DNA of 64,000 bases from the human T2T-CHM13v2.0 reference genome, Homo sapiens (GCF_009914755.1 NC_060947.1), one strand, 5' to 3'. Shown: positions 47,728 to 63,890, numbered from the stretch's first letter. Notes: generated by a model from the sequence alone, not told the origin. Numbers and translations: made by a program.

Positions 47728-48344
47728 TATAAAGTGACAAATGATTACTTATATCTAAAGATATACAGAACATAAAATTTACTTCATTTATTATAGAATA
47801 TCACATATAATAACACTATATTTTAACCAGGAATGCTGAAAACAAACAGGTTGTTGAACATTGTTTAAAAAGCCCTTAAATCTCTAAAATCTGAAATATT
47901 AATTATCATAAATAACATCATGCTTACAACTGAAATGAAATTCCCCACACAACTAACTGTTGTTTAAGGGGAAGTAGTCAGAAAAAAAAAACAAATAATG
48001 TGATCTGTAAAAGATTTATTTATGTTCATATGTGCTCTGGACAATTGTAGTTTAAGGGATACTATTAAATTTAAGACATTTTAAACACAAAAAGTAATAT
48101 CAACACCTTGACCTGTGAAACTCTGTGACTATATATTGGCAGTGCCAATTGTAAAATAACTCCACAGAGAACTTTAAGAGCACAAATGTTGTTTTATGAT
48201 ATTAAAACTGAACATTACCCAGTGCTAATATATTGTCAAGCAACTTTTTGATGATGATCAGGATTACTTCACCTATCTCTGGGCCTCAGATCACTCAGTT
48301 CAAAAGTGAAGATGGCTGCTGTGAAGGCCCAAATGAAGACTGGC

Positions 48345-50135
48345 ACTAAACACCAACAACCATCAAGTTGAGAGCTAAATCAATTATGCAATCTCTTTCA
48401 CAATAGCCACCAAATAAATAAAATACCTAGAAAAAAAACTAACCAGGAGGTTAATTATCTCTATGATGAGAATTACAAAACATTGCTCAAAAAAATCAAG
48501 AGTTGACAGAAATGGAATAATATTCCATGCTTATGAATAGGATAATCAATATTTTTAAAATGGCCATACTGCCCAAGGAAATTTACAGATTCAGTGCTGT
48601 TTCTATAAAACTACCAATGACATTCTTCACAGAATTAGAAATAAAACATTTTAAAATTCATATGGAACCAGAAAAGAGCCTGAATAGACAAGAAATCCTA
48701 AGCAAAATGAACAAAATTAGAGGCATTACATTACCCCACTTCAAGCTATACTACAAGGCTACAGTAACCAAAAAAGCATGGTACTGGTATAAAAACAGAC
48801 ACCTAGATGAATGGAACAGAATAAAGAGCCCAGAAATAACGTTGCACACCTACAACCATCTGATCTTCAACAAAGTTGACAATAACAAGCAACAGGGAAA
48901 GGACTCCCTATTCAATAAATGGTGCTGTGATAACTGGCTAGCCATATATAGAAGATTGAAACTGGACCCCTTACTTACAACATATACAGAAATCAAATCA
49001 ACATGGGCTAAATACTTAATTATAAAACCTAAAGCTATAAAAGCCCTGTAAGATAATCTATGAAATACCATTCTGGACATAAGACCTGGCAAAGATTTCA
49101 TGATGAAGATGCCAAAAGCAATTTCAAGGAAAACAAAGATTGACAAATGGCAACTAATTAAAGAAACTATCAGTAGAGTAAACAGATAACTTACAGAAAG
49201 GGAGAAAATATTTGCCAACTACCATCCAACAAATATCTAATATCAAGAATCTATAAGGAACATAAATTTGCAAGCAAAAAACAAACTGCCCCATTAAAAT
49301 GTGGGCAAAGGACATTAACAGACATTTTTCAAAGGAAGACATACATGCGGCCAACACGCATATGATAAAATGCTCAACATCACTAATCTTAGAGGAATGT
49401 GAATCAAAACCGCAATGATATACTATCTCACATTAGTCAGAATGGCTATTATTAAAAAGTTAAAAAATAAGAGATGTTGCTGATGTTGTGGAGAAAAGGC
49501 AATACTTACACATTCCTGGTGGAAATCAAATTAGCTCGGCCATTGTGGAAAGCATTTTGGTAATTTCTCAAAGAACTTAATACAGAATTACAATTTGTCT
49601 CTGAAATCCCATCATTGAGTATATACACAAAGAAATATAATTTGCTTTTACCATAAAGATGTTTGTACACATATGTTTATTGCAGCACTATTCACAACAG
49701 CAAATACAAGGAATCAACCTATATGTCCATCAGTGGTAGATTGGGTAAAGAAAATGTGGTAAATATACACCATGGAATGCTATGCAGCCATTTAAAAAAA
49801 ATGAGATTATATCCTCCACAACAACATGGATAGAGCTGGAGGCCATTATCCTAAATAAACTAACTCAGGAACAGAAAACCAAATACTACTTCTTCTTGCT
49901 TATAAGTGGGAGCTAAACATTGAGCACATATGGACACAAATAAGGGATAAACAGAAAACAGAACCTACTTGAGGGTAGACAATAGGAAGAAGGTGAGGGT
50001 CAAAAAACTATCAGGTACTATGCTGATTACCTGTGTGATGAAATAATCTATACACCAAACCCCCATAACTTGCAGTTTACCTACATAACAAACCTGCACA
50101 TACACCCCAAACCTAAAATACAAGTGAAAAAAAAC
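48345..50135 (+). mobile_element. 5'-truncated L1PA15/16-like
   Basis: ORF2 peptide 48527-49051 ([20 protein letters not shown]); 3'UTR ending ACCTAAAATACAAGTGAAAAAAAA. Confidence 0.88.
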
Positions 50136-50486
50136 AAGGAATCAATAAAAAAATAAGTGAAGACATTGGATAGCATTTTATCTATGGTTTGTCTTTTAGT
50201 CATGACTTTTTGTAATTTTATTATTTGTCATTCACCACCAGTGTTTCTTATGTTTAGCAATTCTGTCATATAGTCACACTGCTGTGTTCAAAGGCAACAT
50301 TATGGACTACTTTTTTAAGAGAGAATTTCAGTCTTTTTTTTTCTGTTCAAAGGGAATAATGGGAATCTTGAACTAACTACTGACACCATGTCTTATTTTT
50401 AAATGCAAAGCAGCTGGGTACATTATTTAATATAATAGGACTATGACTAGCGTTATTTAAAAAGTATAATGTATCCCTTAAACAAA

Positions 50487-51351
50487 TTGGGACTATTTTT
50501 TTTCTTGCTGATTTCTTTGAGTTCCTTGTAGATTATAGACACTAGTCTTTTGTTGGATGTGTAGTTCGCAAATATTTTCTCCCATTCTGTAGGTTGTCTG
50601 TTTATTCTGATTATTATTTCTTTTGTTGTGCAGAAGCTTTTTCACTTATTCAGGTCCCATTTACTTTGTTTTTGTTGCATTTGCTTTTGAGGTTTTATTC
50701 ATGAATTCTTTGCCTAGGCCAATGTCCAGAAGAGTTGAACAGTTTTTCCAAAGTTATCTTCTAGAATTTTTATGGTTTCAGGTCTGAGATTTAGGTCTTT
50801 GATCCATCTTGAGTTGATTTTTGTGTAAGGTGAGAGATAGGGATCCAGTTTTATTCTTCTACATGTGGCTTGCCAGTTTTCCCAGCACCGTTTATTGAAT
50901 AAGCTGCCCTTTCCCCAGTTTGTGTTTTCTTATGGTTTGCCAAAGGCCAGTTGACTCTAAGTATTTGGCTTTATTTCTGGGTTCTCAATTCTGTTCCATT
51001 GGTCTAAATGTCTATTTTTATACCATTGCCATGTTGTTACGTAACTATATCCTTGTACTGTAATTTGAAGTCTGGTAATCTGATGCTTCCAGATTTGTTC
51101 TTTTTGTGATTTGTTCTTTTTGCCTAGGATTGCTTTGGCTATTTGGGCTGTATTTTGGTTCCATGTTTTAGGATTGGATTTGGTTCCTAGTTTTAGGTTT
51201 GTTTTTCTAGTTCTGTGACAAACAATTTTGGTATTTTGATGAAAATTGCATTGAATCTCTAGATTGCTTTAGGAAGTATGGCCATTTTCAAATTATTAAT
51301 ACTTCCCATACATGAGCATGGGATGTGTTTCCTTTGTTTGTGTCATTTATG
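50487..51351 (-). mobile_element. L1PB ORF2 fragment
   Basis: Antisense ORF2 (TTTGCCTAGGCCAATGTCCAGAAGAG, CATGAGCATGGGATGTGTTTCC). Confidence 0.85.
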
Positions 51352-53089
51352 GTTACTTAATAAAAAGTATATTTTAATTATCATTTTAATTAAAATTTAA
51401 GAAATAAAACATAAAATAGGTTAGCAAAACAATCAATTAAAAAGTATAATGTTTTCTTATAATGCATAAGAAAACATATCAAAAAACAATCATACATGCT
51501 ACAGAATGGCAATGAAGAGATCAAATCTTTTCTATTGCTACATTCTACCTCAGCCTTCAAAATTTTTCCCTTAAGTTGTGTTCAAAATAAGTTAGCATCT
51601 GGCCTCATAGGATAGACATGGGGCCAATGTAGATCCCTAGATTTTCAATATAGTAGTGTGCGGTGGATATCCTTTGCTAGGTTTACCTAATTTCCCTGCA
51701 GACCTACTAACCCCATTTTATTCTTTCCCCTAAAAGGCCAGGAAGACAACACTTACGATGCTTTTTATTGTTCAAAAAATGAATATATGAACTCTCAAGT
51801 AAAATTAGTTTTTAAAAGGCTATGAAGAATCAGATGGTAAATTTTAAAGAAATGATAATCCTTGCTACACTTTTCATTTCTGGTGGTTCAATAAATATGT
51901 ACTGTTTGCCACGTAGTTAAATAATGGTGATACTTTAAACCAAAATTACAGAAGGAATGTTATTACTAAGATTCCATTAAAGATATAAATTATATAGAGT
52001 AATGGCTGTGGAAAACTCTAGTGATAGGTGATAAACAGATAATTGTGAATTAATACTTTCTAAGCAGAAAATTACCCATCCCCACAACCATTACTCACTT
52101 CCATGCTTTGGTCCAAAATATCATTAATGAGAAGTAAAAATTTCCATTTCATAATTAAGAAGAACTTAAACACTCTTACAAGACCTAATGCAACAGATTT
52201 ATAAATAATTGAAGTTAAGATATTTCCTAAGAGTAGGTCTAAATAAGAGCACAGTAGGAAAGCAAGACTGTACTTGAATGAGAGGGCCATGAGTTGTGAA
52301 AGACATTGGATAGGAATATCATAGACTTCAGCACACACAGCATTTATTTTTCTATTCCAGAATTTTGTTTAGGATTGCCTGGCTACCAAGAGAAGCTGAG
52401 GATATTTATCAGGTTGATAAAATTAAAAATTGTGACAAAATTTCCCATGAAATATTCCCCTCAAAACACCAACCCAAATATAAAAGACTTGTGGTTCATC
52501 AGGGGCAATGATAATTGGTGGAAAGAGGTATGACTTAAATCCTAAGGAAACAAAACATTGGAAAGGTTGACTTCCCTATTTCTGTAACTCAAATCTGTAT
52601 TTCTTCCTTTTTTCTTGACTCATCCCCTTTCCCTGAATATGCAACTCCCAACTTTTCAAGGGAATCCATTCAAAGGTTATCCTAAGGTTTAAAAAATGTT
52701 AGCTGGCAAAAATCCTGTCTTTTTCCGAGTTTGTTGATGAATTAGGTAAAGCAATGACTCAGGAAGTACAGATGCAAGGGTCAAGAAATTGGATAAAATT
52801 TTTCTACAAGTGGTACTTAAAATATGTGAGCTCGCCTTTGTAAACATATATGGCATGTAATAAGATGTGGAGTCCATTCTGCCAGCAGGCCAAACCAGGC
52901 AAAATCTCTTCCTTTCAAATATCTTTTAAGCTGAATGCTCATCTTGTGAGACCTTTTCTCCTTAAAGGGCATAATTCATGTTTACTAAAGAAAGTCACCA
53001 TGAAAAGTTATATATGGTTAACTTTGGGCCAGATGGCCTACAAGGATGTTCCTTCCATCCCTTGAGGCTTTAAAAATACCTCAATGATA

Positions 53090-53470
53090 GTATGTGTTGT
53101 GGGGCCCCCAAAGGCAGAACCTGAGTCAAATATTTTCTTTGGACGTTATTTCCTGGAAACTCATGAGGGGCTAGGGAAGTAAGACAAGGAAGGGAGGAAG
53201 CCATACATGGTACATTATAAGGTAATTTCTACTTCAAGCAACTGGCACTGAGCCCAATGGGGACTTATGGCCTGCCCATTATTGATTGAAAACTGCTTCT
53301 TGAGGTACTGACTCTATTGGCCACTTTGTCCTGCCCACTACAGAGACTGAGCTAGCTCCAAACAAAGCCTTCAGGCAGAGAGTAGCAAGTGCTTGCAGTA
53401 AGCTGCCTTTAGTGTGCTAAGGTGAATGCCAAGGGTAGAAGGGCATGGCACCAACAGCATCAGTTAAGGA
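53090..53470 (-). mobile_element. LTR33-like ERVL LTR
   Basis: GGGAAGTAAGACAAGGAAGGGAGGAAGCC and AAAGCCTTCAGGCAGAGAG motifs. Confidence 0.65.
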
Positions 53471-54630
53471 TCCCAGGCCAAAGGTATTTGAGAGCACAAA
53501 ATTTCCATTTCTCACCTGGGGCAATCCAGAGTGCCATGATAGGAATCTTTGAAAGCCTTTGTTCTTCTGCAAGGCCATTCAGCATGCCAATTTTGTCTCC
53601 CTGTGGCAAATATCACATGGAATGGAGACGGAGGTCAAATATTATCTTTTGCTGAAGGTACTGACATTTCTACACTGAATGACAGGCACATGCCTATTTA
53701 GAAAATGTGCTACTTGTTAAGTTTCCCACTGACATCTCTTGATCTCACTGGGAATTTTGAGTTCATGGCAATTTCTGAGCTGTGCACTTAGTGCACAGTA
53801 GAAGGTTATTGCTCCATATTATGGTCCACTGCTTAACACAATCTGCCAACAGCCAGAAGAATGGTTTTCTTTCCCACCGAGTCTCTCAGATGAGATACTT
53901 TCTCAACATTATTGTTATTGTTTCTGTAAGCTGATTTTCCATCAGAGTTAGAACTTTGGAGAAAACAGGTTTTAGCTTTTTTCTAAGAAATGGATCTCCG
54001 TGGTGATATTAACAATTTCAACTCAGATTAAATGCTTTGTTCTTGTTGCTGTAAATATGTTGCAGTATCTGTAAATTCTTTTTCTGTGTAGTTTGTAGAC
54101 TTATTTTTTGAGCCACACACATTTTTACAATAGGTTTACTGATATTTCAGTTGCTTAAAACATGAATTTAGTTTTAGCATTATTTTATGAATAAAGAACA
54201 GTTAATTATTATGCCATGACAGGAGCACTAATCCTCCTTTATCATTTGCGAATCTTATGAAAGACTAAACTTTGGTGATAATTTTTGCTTATTTGTGTAA
54301 TTGTAAGACTTTTTAATTGTGTCACTAAGTATTACCTATGAAAATAAAATATCTCCCACTGCCACTTCCTGCTTGGATTTTGTAAGAATAAGGATATTTT
54401 ATTGCACAACTACAGGCAATTATCAACTTCATATAAAAAAAAGACACATAAAAATATTAAATAAATTGTTCAAGGTCACAAAGTTTCTCAACTGTAAAAA
54501 TGGGATAATAGTAAAATTTCATAAGTCTGTCAAGAACTTTAATGTGTTAACATTTATGAAGCACTGGTAGAGTAAGATCTCTATAATTTTTTATTCAATA
54601 ACAAATTTCTAACTGGAACAGATTTATTTT

Positions 54631-54698
54631 TCCTTCCTTCCTTCCTTCCTTCCCTCCCTCCTTCCTTCCTTCCTTCCTTCCTACCTTCCTTCCTTCCT
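54631..54698. repeat. (TTCC)n microsatellite
   Basis: Direct reading. Confidence 0.95.
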
Positions 54699-55177
54699 TT
54701 TTTCTTTTGTTTTGCTCCTCATATTCATTAGAAACAAAAGGAACTACCAATTCTTCCACAAAAATGTTGTATAAGTTAAATAGCATTCAATTTTATATAA
54801 GTTGTATGCTTTGTGACATCATTAAAACCTCTCTTGGTAACAATTTTGAGGTATTGGATGATGTGTTAAATTGAATTGTCAACATTGCCCTTATCCAGCT
54901 AGCAAGTTTTATGAACTGGAGCATTCTAGACTGTGATTTACATTTTCTACCTTTAAATGCAGCCAGCTGCTTTAAAGTAAATGACTTTAAGCTAGTCCCA
55001 TTCAGTTATTAGTTAGCTTTGGACATCAAATATTTCCTCTTCCTATTAATTTCTGCAAACCTTTAAGAACTCTGCAAAATAACTATTAAGTGAACTGATA
55101 AGTTCACAAAGATCCCTTTTATTTCTAATATTCTAGGCTTAATGTACCTGTTAAGTTTTTGTGTTTGTTTTGGTCTC

Positions 55178-55513
55178 TGTATTAGTCTTCTCAGGATGCT
55201 ATAACAAAATACCACAGACTTAAACAACATAGATTTATTTCTCACAGTTCTAGTGGCTAATCTAATATCAAGGTACCTACAAGGTAGGTTTCATTCTGAT
55301 GCCTCTTCTCTTGGCTTTTGCTAATAAGACCTCCTTTTTGTTCACTTGGGGAGAGAGAGAAAACTCTCTAGTGTTTCTTCTCATAATGGCACTAATATCA
55401 CCAAACCTTATCTAACCCTAATTATCTCCCAAAGGCCTCACCTCCAAACATCACATTAAGGGTGAGGGCTTCAACATGAATTTTGCAGGAACACAAGCAT
55501 TCAGTACATAACA
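55178..55513 (-). mobile_element. Solo MLT1A LTR
   Basis: TGTATTAGTC..GCTATAACAAAATACCACAGACT...CATTCAGTACATAACA; TSD GTCTC/ATCTC. Confidence 0.85.
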
Positions 55514-56109
55514 ATCTCTTACATGATATATTCTGAACCCAGCTTATAAGCCTCTTCCCCTTTTTCCCCTTTTAAAACTCAGTTCAAATTTGTAACTCAA
55601 TGGACTTGATAGCAGTTGCTTTATTGCAAGTATCTCTGGTCTCTTAGCCACCTGGCATCAAGTTGCTCAGTATTTATAAGGGTTCAGTAGCATGCCAGGA
55701 GCCATTTTATTTTTATCTATTTTATTAGAAATAAGAATAGCTCTTCATTGTGTAGACCACAGCTTATTCTCAGAGCTCCAGGGGTCTGTTATACAACTCT
55801 TCTATTGGGCTTTGCCAGAGATTCCACGCAGAATTATTCACATACCAGATATCTCTAGCATTATCAGATCTAAGTCATTTGACTCAAATGACAGTGCAAC
55901 ATATGACACAAACTAGACATGCTAAAGAGCCCTCTCTCAAAATGAGCTAAACTCAAAGCAAATACTTGAGTTATCAAATACATGGATAGCAGCATTATGA
56001 GTCACCAAATACATGGATAGGAGTCCCAAGTGCAGTATAGGCACTAAATCAACAGGTGACATATGGTCCTTTGTATTTAACATCTAGAATGCACATAATG
56101 TAGGATATG

Positions 56110-57700
<1,591 letters not shown>

Positions 57701-58408
57701 ATGAACTGGTACTAAGATAAGGGTGTTTAATAATTTTGTGCATGCATGTCGTAGGTTGTCTATATGAGAGAATCCTGAGAAGATGAGGGAAATTTCTTGT
57801 CATGAAGATGAACAGGATGTCAATTATAAGAAACATCACAGAGAGAAATGAGGTTATGTGAGATACATGAAACAGAAGATGAAGAAAAGAGAAATGTGAG
57901 CAGCATGAGGAAGGGCAATTACCAGAGTTAAGCATTAAGCTTCCCTTGAGATATTTCTTAGGGGCAAGAAAGGGTAATGAATTTGGAATAATAAATGTAG
58001 AGTGTTGTTGACAGAAAGAGAACACATATAGACTCCCAGAAAAGAGCAGGCTGTCAAGAAGCTGTCTTCCTTCTTGCCTTTGTAATTTTTTTATTGATTT
58101 TTAGAACTGCATGCAGATATTCATGTCAAGACCAAGACGAAACAAAAACATAAGTGTGACCTTGGCCATTTACTTACAAAGTAAATAAGAAGTGAAGACT
58201 ATAACGGAAGTCAAAGTATCTTAAAAGAGTTATGCAGGTCTTGTGGTCCTGGCTGAGCTCTCCAAAGGGATTTTCTTAATAAGTCATTATTGATCCTGGT
58301 TTAGGGACAGCAATAGACAGACTAATCTACAAAGTATTATTTAGGGCCTAATCAAACTAAAGAGTTATCTGGATCAGAGCACAAATATAAATGACTATAT
58401 CTTGTATA

Positions 58409-58570
58409 TCAGTGGTTATTAAACTTAGTACGTATCCGAATTATGGGTTTATTAAAACATAGCTTGCTGGACCCCAGATTCAAGGTTTCTAATTTAGTAG
58501 TTCTGAGACAGTGTTGAGAATTTGAAATTCTAAAAAGTTTCCAGTAGATACAAATGTTGCCAGGCGACGA
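58409..58570. mobile_element. MER5-type MITE
   Basis: CAGTGGTTATTAAACTT..TGCTGGACCCCA..GAGAATTTGAAATTCTAAAAAGTTTCCAG. Confidence 0.7.
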
Positions 58571-59206
58571 AAGGTTGAAGGAGTGGTATATCTGTGACAA
58601 AGATATAATTTTAAGATCTATGACTACAAGGAAAAAAGTAAAAAAATCCTGCTACTGAATATTCATAAGAGACTGTTGGAAGAACAAATTTGAAGTATAG
58701 AGTTAGGATGGTCCCATGGAGATGGAAATTGCAGTGCTAAAAATTATTTCCCACTTAGTTTCTTTGAACATATGAAAGTTAATTTTTAAAACAGTTGTTT
58801 CATAAATAGCTAGCAGCAGCATTATTATTTTGTATGTAAATGAGTCCATTCTATAGCAATTTTTCTGCTACCTGGGCATAAATTAATTTATTCTAGAGAA
58901 CTATCTGGACGAATTAGCTCAGCTGTCTTTTGACTTTATTATGTTCTGCAGAAGGGAAAAAATGCTGAAGCATGTATGTACTTCTTATTTTTTTTCTTAA
59001 GACAAATCTGATGCCCCCAAGCGTTTCTATGAATATTTGTTTTAAAAAATTCAAAAAGGCATTGAAAATTTGTTGTTTGAAATTATCAAATCAAATTAGC
59101 AATGCCATAGGGTAGAGTTTGTCCTAAAATACAGGCTACAAAGGTTATGGTATGAACAGTGCTTTTTCTACATCGTTCAAGGAAGTTGGGTAAGAAGGGA
59201 CTAGAC

Positions 59207-59415
59207 CAGTGGTTTGTATGTTGGCTTTACATTAGAGCATTTTAATACTCAAAAATTCTAGACTCACCCAACATCAATTAATCAATTGAACTGAAGTGAG
59301 GTTTTATAAGCTCTAGTGTGCAGCTTAGATAGAAACCTGGGGTGGGACTTAGGCCTCAGTGTTTTTAAAGCTCCCCAGGTGATTCCTATAAGCACACAGA
59401 TTGAGAATCAGTGAT
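59207..59415. mobile_element. MER5-type MITE
   Basis: CAGTGGTTT...GTTTTTAAAGCTCCCCAGGTGATTCC..GATTGAGAATCAGTG. Confidence 0.65.
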
Positions 59416-61327
59416 CTAAAAAAAAAGCCGTTCTGCCACAGAAAGTGTTATATAGTCTGTTTCTAGCAGCACCAGAGTGACATTTTGCATGAAGTAAGGT
59501 AATCTTTGACCCTTTCTGAAAAGAAAATTTGTTTTCTTAAATTGAAACAGTTTCATTACACTTATTCAGACACTTGAAAATTGCTGAATATTTATTTTCA
59601 TATTCATAATGACATTGGTGATAGAATATAATCAAAGACAATAAGGCATTTATTTGTTCATTTCAAAATGAAGAATAAATAGATTCAAACATTAATCTTT
59701 GCATTTTCAAAGCTGTTAATCTTAGAGAATGGAAGGTTATGTTTGAGAGATTAGAATTTGAAAATGTTAAGAGGATCTGTATTTAGACTTGTAGAAATTC
59801 CTACAGATAAACAGATACGAGCATAATGGAAGAAAAGTAATAAAAACGAAGAGATCAGTAGAGTCTTAGAGGAGCAGGAAGGCCCTTGAACAGCATGTCC
59901 AGTTAGAAGTGAATGACAGTGCAGCAAATGGCCACAATTTAGGGGCACTATTTAATTGCACAGAAATGTTGGTGGAGTTGTCATTACCATCCACTGCCCA
60001 GCTCTCAGTTTCAAGGCACCTTGTATTGCCTGGGCCCTGGCACTGAACAAGCATCTGTGGAGGGCTCCCTTTCACATCAGCCATCACTTCGCCAAAAGAC
60101 TTCCAAATAAAAGTGATTTACATTCATGCCCTTAGCCAATTTCCTTGTTAGTGTTACTCTCATACTCCTATTGAAACCTGTCAGAAATATATTATTACCA
60201 GGAAGATAAATCTTAGCTCATTTAACTGGAAGTTATAGTGATGAAAAGGAGTGCTCAGCACCTATACTTCAAGCCAAGTATGGGGTATGAAGGCAACCTG
60301 AGAATCCCCTAAAACCAGGCAAAATCAAAGCACTATTCTTATTATTTATCTTTTGCAACCCCTCCACCTTCCAGAGAAAACAGATCTGAGGTAAATTATT
60401 GGTTAGATGCTATATGGGAGATTCCTTGATTGACATGATGTAAATTCAAGAATCTTAATTTATGATAAAAGTTAGACTCCCCCCCAAAAAAAGGAGTACA
60501 AGGGAAGGTCAATTTTGAGAGATCCAGTATGGAGACATGGCTGGAGCTGATGTGGCTGGTGAGGCTCTGTAGATCAAACTGTCGTGCCCCAGGGTTGGTG
60601 ACGTCGCTGGCTTCCAGAAAGGAATATTGTACCAGAAACAGAGATGTTTAAGTATATAAAGGACACAATTTCCTGGTTGTCCTATGATTTTAGACAGTGT
60701 TGAGCTTTTCCTTCTTTTTCTTCATAGCAAAGCCTGATTTCCATAAAGAACTTCATCAGCCATTAGTACTTGATGGATATTGAATCTCAATGTTTTTCTA
60801 AAGGGTATATGCGTTTCTGAGGCTATCCTAAAATTACAAAAGGAAAGCTTCATCTGTTTTAAAGCAATATAAGTTGCCAATATGCATTATGAAGTAATTT
60901 TGAGAGGAGAGAAAAAGTTTCCGAATTATATCACTTAGGAAGTTGTATGATTCACTTTTTAAAAAGGTACATTATTGTTGTGCAAAGAAGACCCTTAACC
61001 CCAAAAGTATATGTAGAAAAGATGAAAAAGAGGGCAAATAGAAGAGTGATCCATAAGAATAGGTCAGGTCAATTAAATCAATAATTAATGGAGGCTTGAA
61101 AAAAAAGGTGAATGACAAAAAATTCACCCTGAATTGTATTTGCAATAAGTAAAATACGCAAAGAGATGGGCTGATGTTATAACAGGTCACAGAAAGAAAA
61201 AATTCCTCATTGGATGCTGTTTAGTTTTCCCCATCCAGTAGAATAATTTTTTAAAAGAAAATTAAAGAACAAACATACTTGTTACAGAGAAATTCCAGGC
61301 TGTAAGTTGGTGAAGTGTTTCAAGAAT

Positions 61328-62018
61328 CATTAAAAAGTCAGGAAACAACAGGTGCTGGAGAGGATGTGGAGAAATAGGAACACTTTTACACTGTTAGTGG
61401 GACTGTAAACTAGTTCAACCATTGTGGAAGTCAGTGTGGCAATTCCTCAGGGATCTAGAACTAGAAATACCATTTGACCCAGCCATCCCATTACTGGGTA
61501 CATACCCAAAGGATTATAAATCATGCTGCTATAAGGACACATGCACACGTATGTTTATTGCCCCACTATTCACAATAGCAAAGACTTGGAACCGACCCAA
61601 ATGTCCAACAATGATAGACTGGATTAAGAAAATGTGGCACATATTCACTATGGAATACTATGCAGCCATAAAAAAGGATGAGTTCATGTCCTTTGTAGGG
61701 ACATGGATGAAGCTGGAAACCATCATTCTCAGCAAACTATTGCAAGGACAAAAAACCAAACACCACATGTTCTCACTCGTAGGTGGGAATTGAACAATGA
61801 GAATACATGGACACAGGAAGGGGAACATCACACACGGGGGACTGTTGTGGGGTGGGGGGAGGGGGGAGGGATAGCATTAGGAGATATACCTAATGCTAAA
61901 TGATGAGTTAATGGGTGCAGCACACCAACATGGCACATGTATACATATGTAACAAACCTGCATGTTGTGCACATGTACCCTAAAACTTAAAGTATAATAA
62001 TAAAATTTTAAAAAAAAA
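61328..62018 (+). mobile_element. 5'-truncated L1PA4/5
   Basis: ORF2 C-terminus (ORF 61422-61793 ending FSLVGGN), 3'UTR, poly-A; short TSD AAGAAT. Confidence 0.93.
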
Positions 62019-62170
62019 GAATAGTTCCTAGTTGAGAGGATTGTTTTTATAGCTTGATTATATTCTTTTCAAATACAATCTCTTTGATGTGAAGTAAAAT
62101 CTAGGCAGATAGCCTGCCTTTTTCTCTCCCAGTGTTCTAGGCCAAGCTGTCAGATTTTAAAAGTATATGC

Positions 62171-62759
62171 GGAAGACAGTGTGGCAATTCCTCAAGGATC
62201 TAGAACCAGAAATACTATTTGACCCAGCAATCCCATTACTGAGTATATACCCAAAGGATTATAAATCATTCTACTATGAAGACACATGCACATGCATGTT
62301 TATTGCAGCACTATTTACAATAGCAAAGACTTGGAACTAACCTAAATGCCCATCAATGATAGGCTGGATAAAGAAAATGTGGCACATATACATCATGGAA
62401 TACTATGCAGCCATGAAAAAGGATTAGTTTATGTCCTTTGCAGAGACATGGATGAAGCTGAAAACCATCGTTCTTAAAAAACTAACACAAGAACCGAAAA
62501 CCAAACACTGCACGTTCTCACTCATAAGTGGGAGTTGAACAGTGAGAACACATGGACACAGGGAGGGGAACATCACACTCTGGGGCCTGTCAGGGGGTGG
62601 GGGACTAGGGGAGGGATAACACTAGGAGAAATACCTAATGTAGATGATGGATTGATGGGTGCAGCAAACCACCATGGCACGTGTATACCTGTAACAAACC
62701 TGCATGTTCTGCGCATGTTCTGCACATGTACCCCAGAACTTAAAGTATAATAAAAAAAA
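62171..62759 (+). mobile_element. 5'-truncated L1PA7-like
   Basis: GGAAGACAGTGTGGC..., TAGGAGAAATACCTAATGTAGATGA; TSD AAAAGTATAT(G/A)CGGA at 62159-62173 and 62756-62770. Confidence 0.92.
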
Positions 62760-63310
62760 GTATATACGGATTTGAAAATGTGGGAATTATTTTCAAAATG
62801 AAATTTATGTATTAAAAAGTTTACCTTGTAGAGTAATAATATATAATGAGGTTACCAAAAAAGTTATTAAAAAAACAAAAAGATATGAAAATTTGCCAGT
62901 AGGTTGGATATGCATACATACATCTTATATTTTCCATTTTGGAAAGAGAATAAATGATACAATATGTAGTGCCATTAGAATGATATCATTAGAAAGCCAG
63001 CAATTATTATGGATTATTAATACGATTTTTAATATTGTACTTTTAAAATTAAACTTAATTATGAGGATCTTGCATATTGATCCTCTTGAACATGAGGATC
63101 ATGTTCACAAAACATAAATTATGAAAAGTCAGCTTTATTTGTTTCTTGAAAAAAATAATTAGACTAACACAATGCAGAATATATAAGAGATCTAGATTTT
63201 AAGAAAAATTAGAATGCCCTATTATCTTCTTAGGAAAAAAAGAATAAGAAATCTGTAGCTAAATGATCATATACTTAGATGATTTTGTAACTGGCTCACT
63301 TATAACATAA

Positions 63311-63631
<321 letters not shown>

Positions 63632-63789
63632 TAATTGGTGTGATATAGACTATGTTTGATGGCAGAATAGAAATACAAAAAGACCTCGGTAGTTGGAAAG
63701 GTGAAATGGGCCTAGTATAGTCATTTTTAAATTTTTGTTTAATGCTACAGGGAAAGAGGTTACATTCATGACAAGAATTGTGTAAGAAT

Positions 63790-63890
63790 TAATTATACAT
63801 TTTATGCCTGTATCAAAACATTACATATATTCCATAAATATGTACAAATATTAGGTATCCATAATAATTCAAAATTTAAAAATAAAACAT
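63790..63890 (+). mobile_element. L1MA 3' terminal fragment
   Basis: TGCCTGTATCAAAACATTACATATATTCCATAAATATGTACAAATATTA. Confidence 0.7.

Noticed and set aside
61422-61793. 123-aa ORF that encodes the ORF2 C-terminus missing from the full-length L1
   Set aside because: Ordinary 5'-truncated L1 end with no promoter or true ATG start; complementation is unsupported
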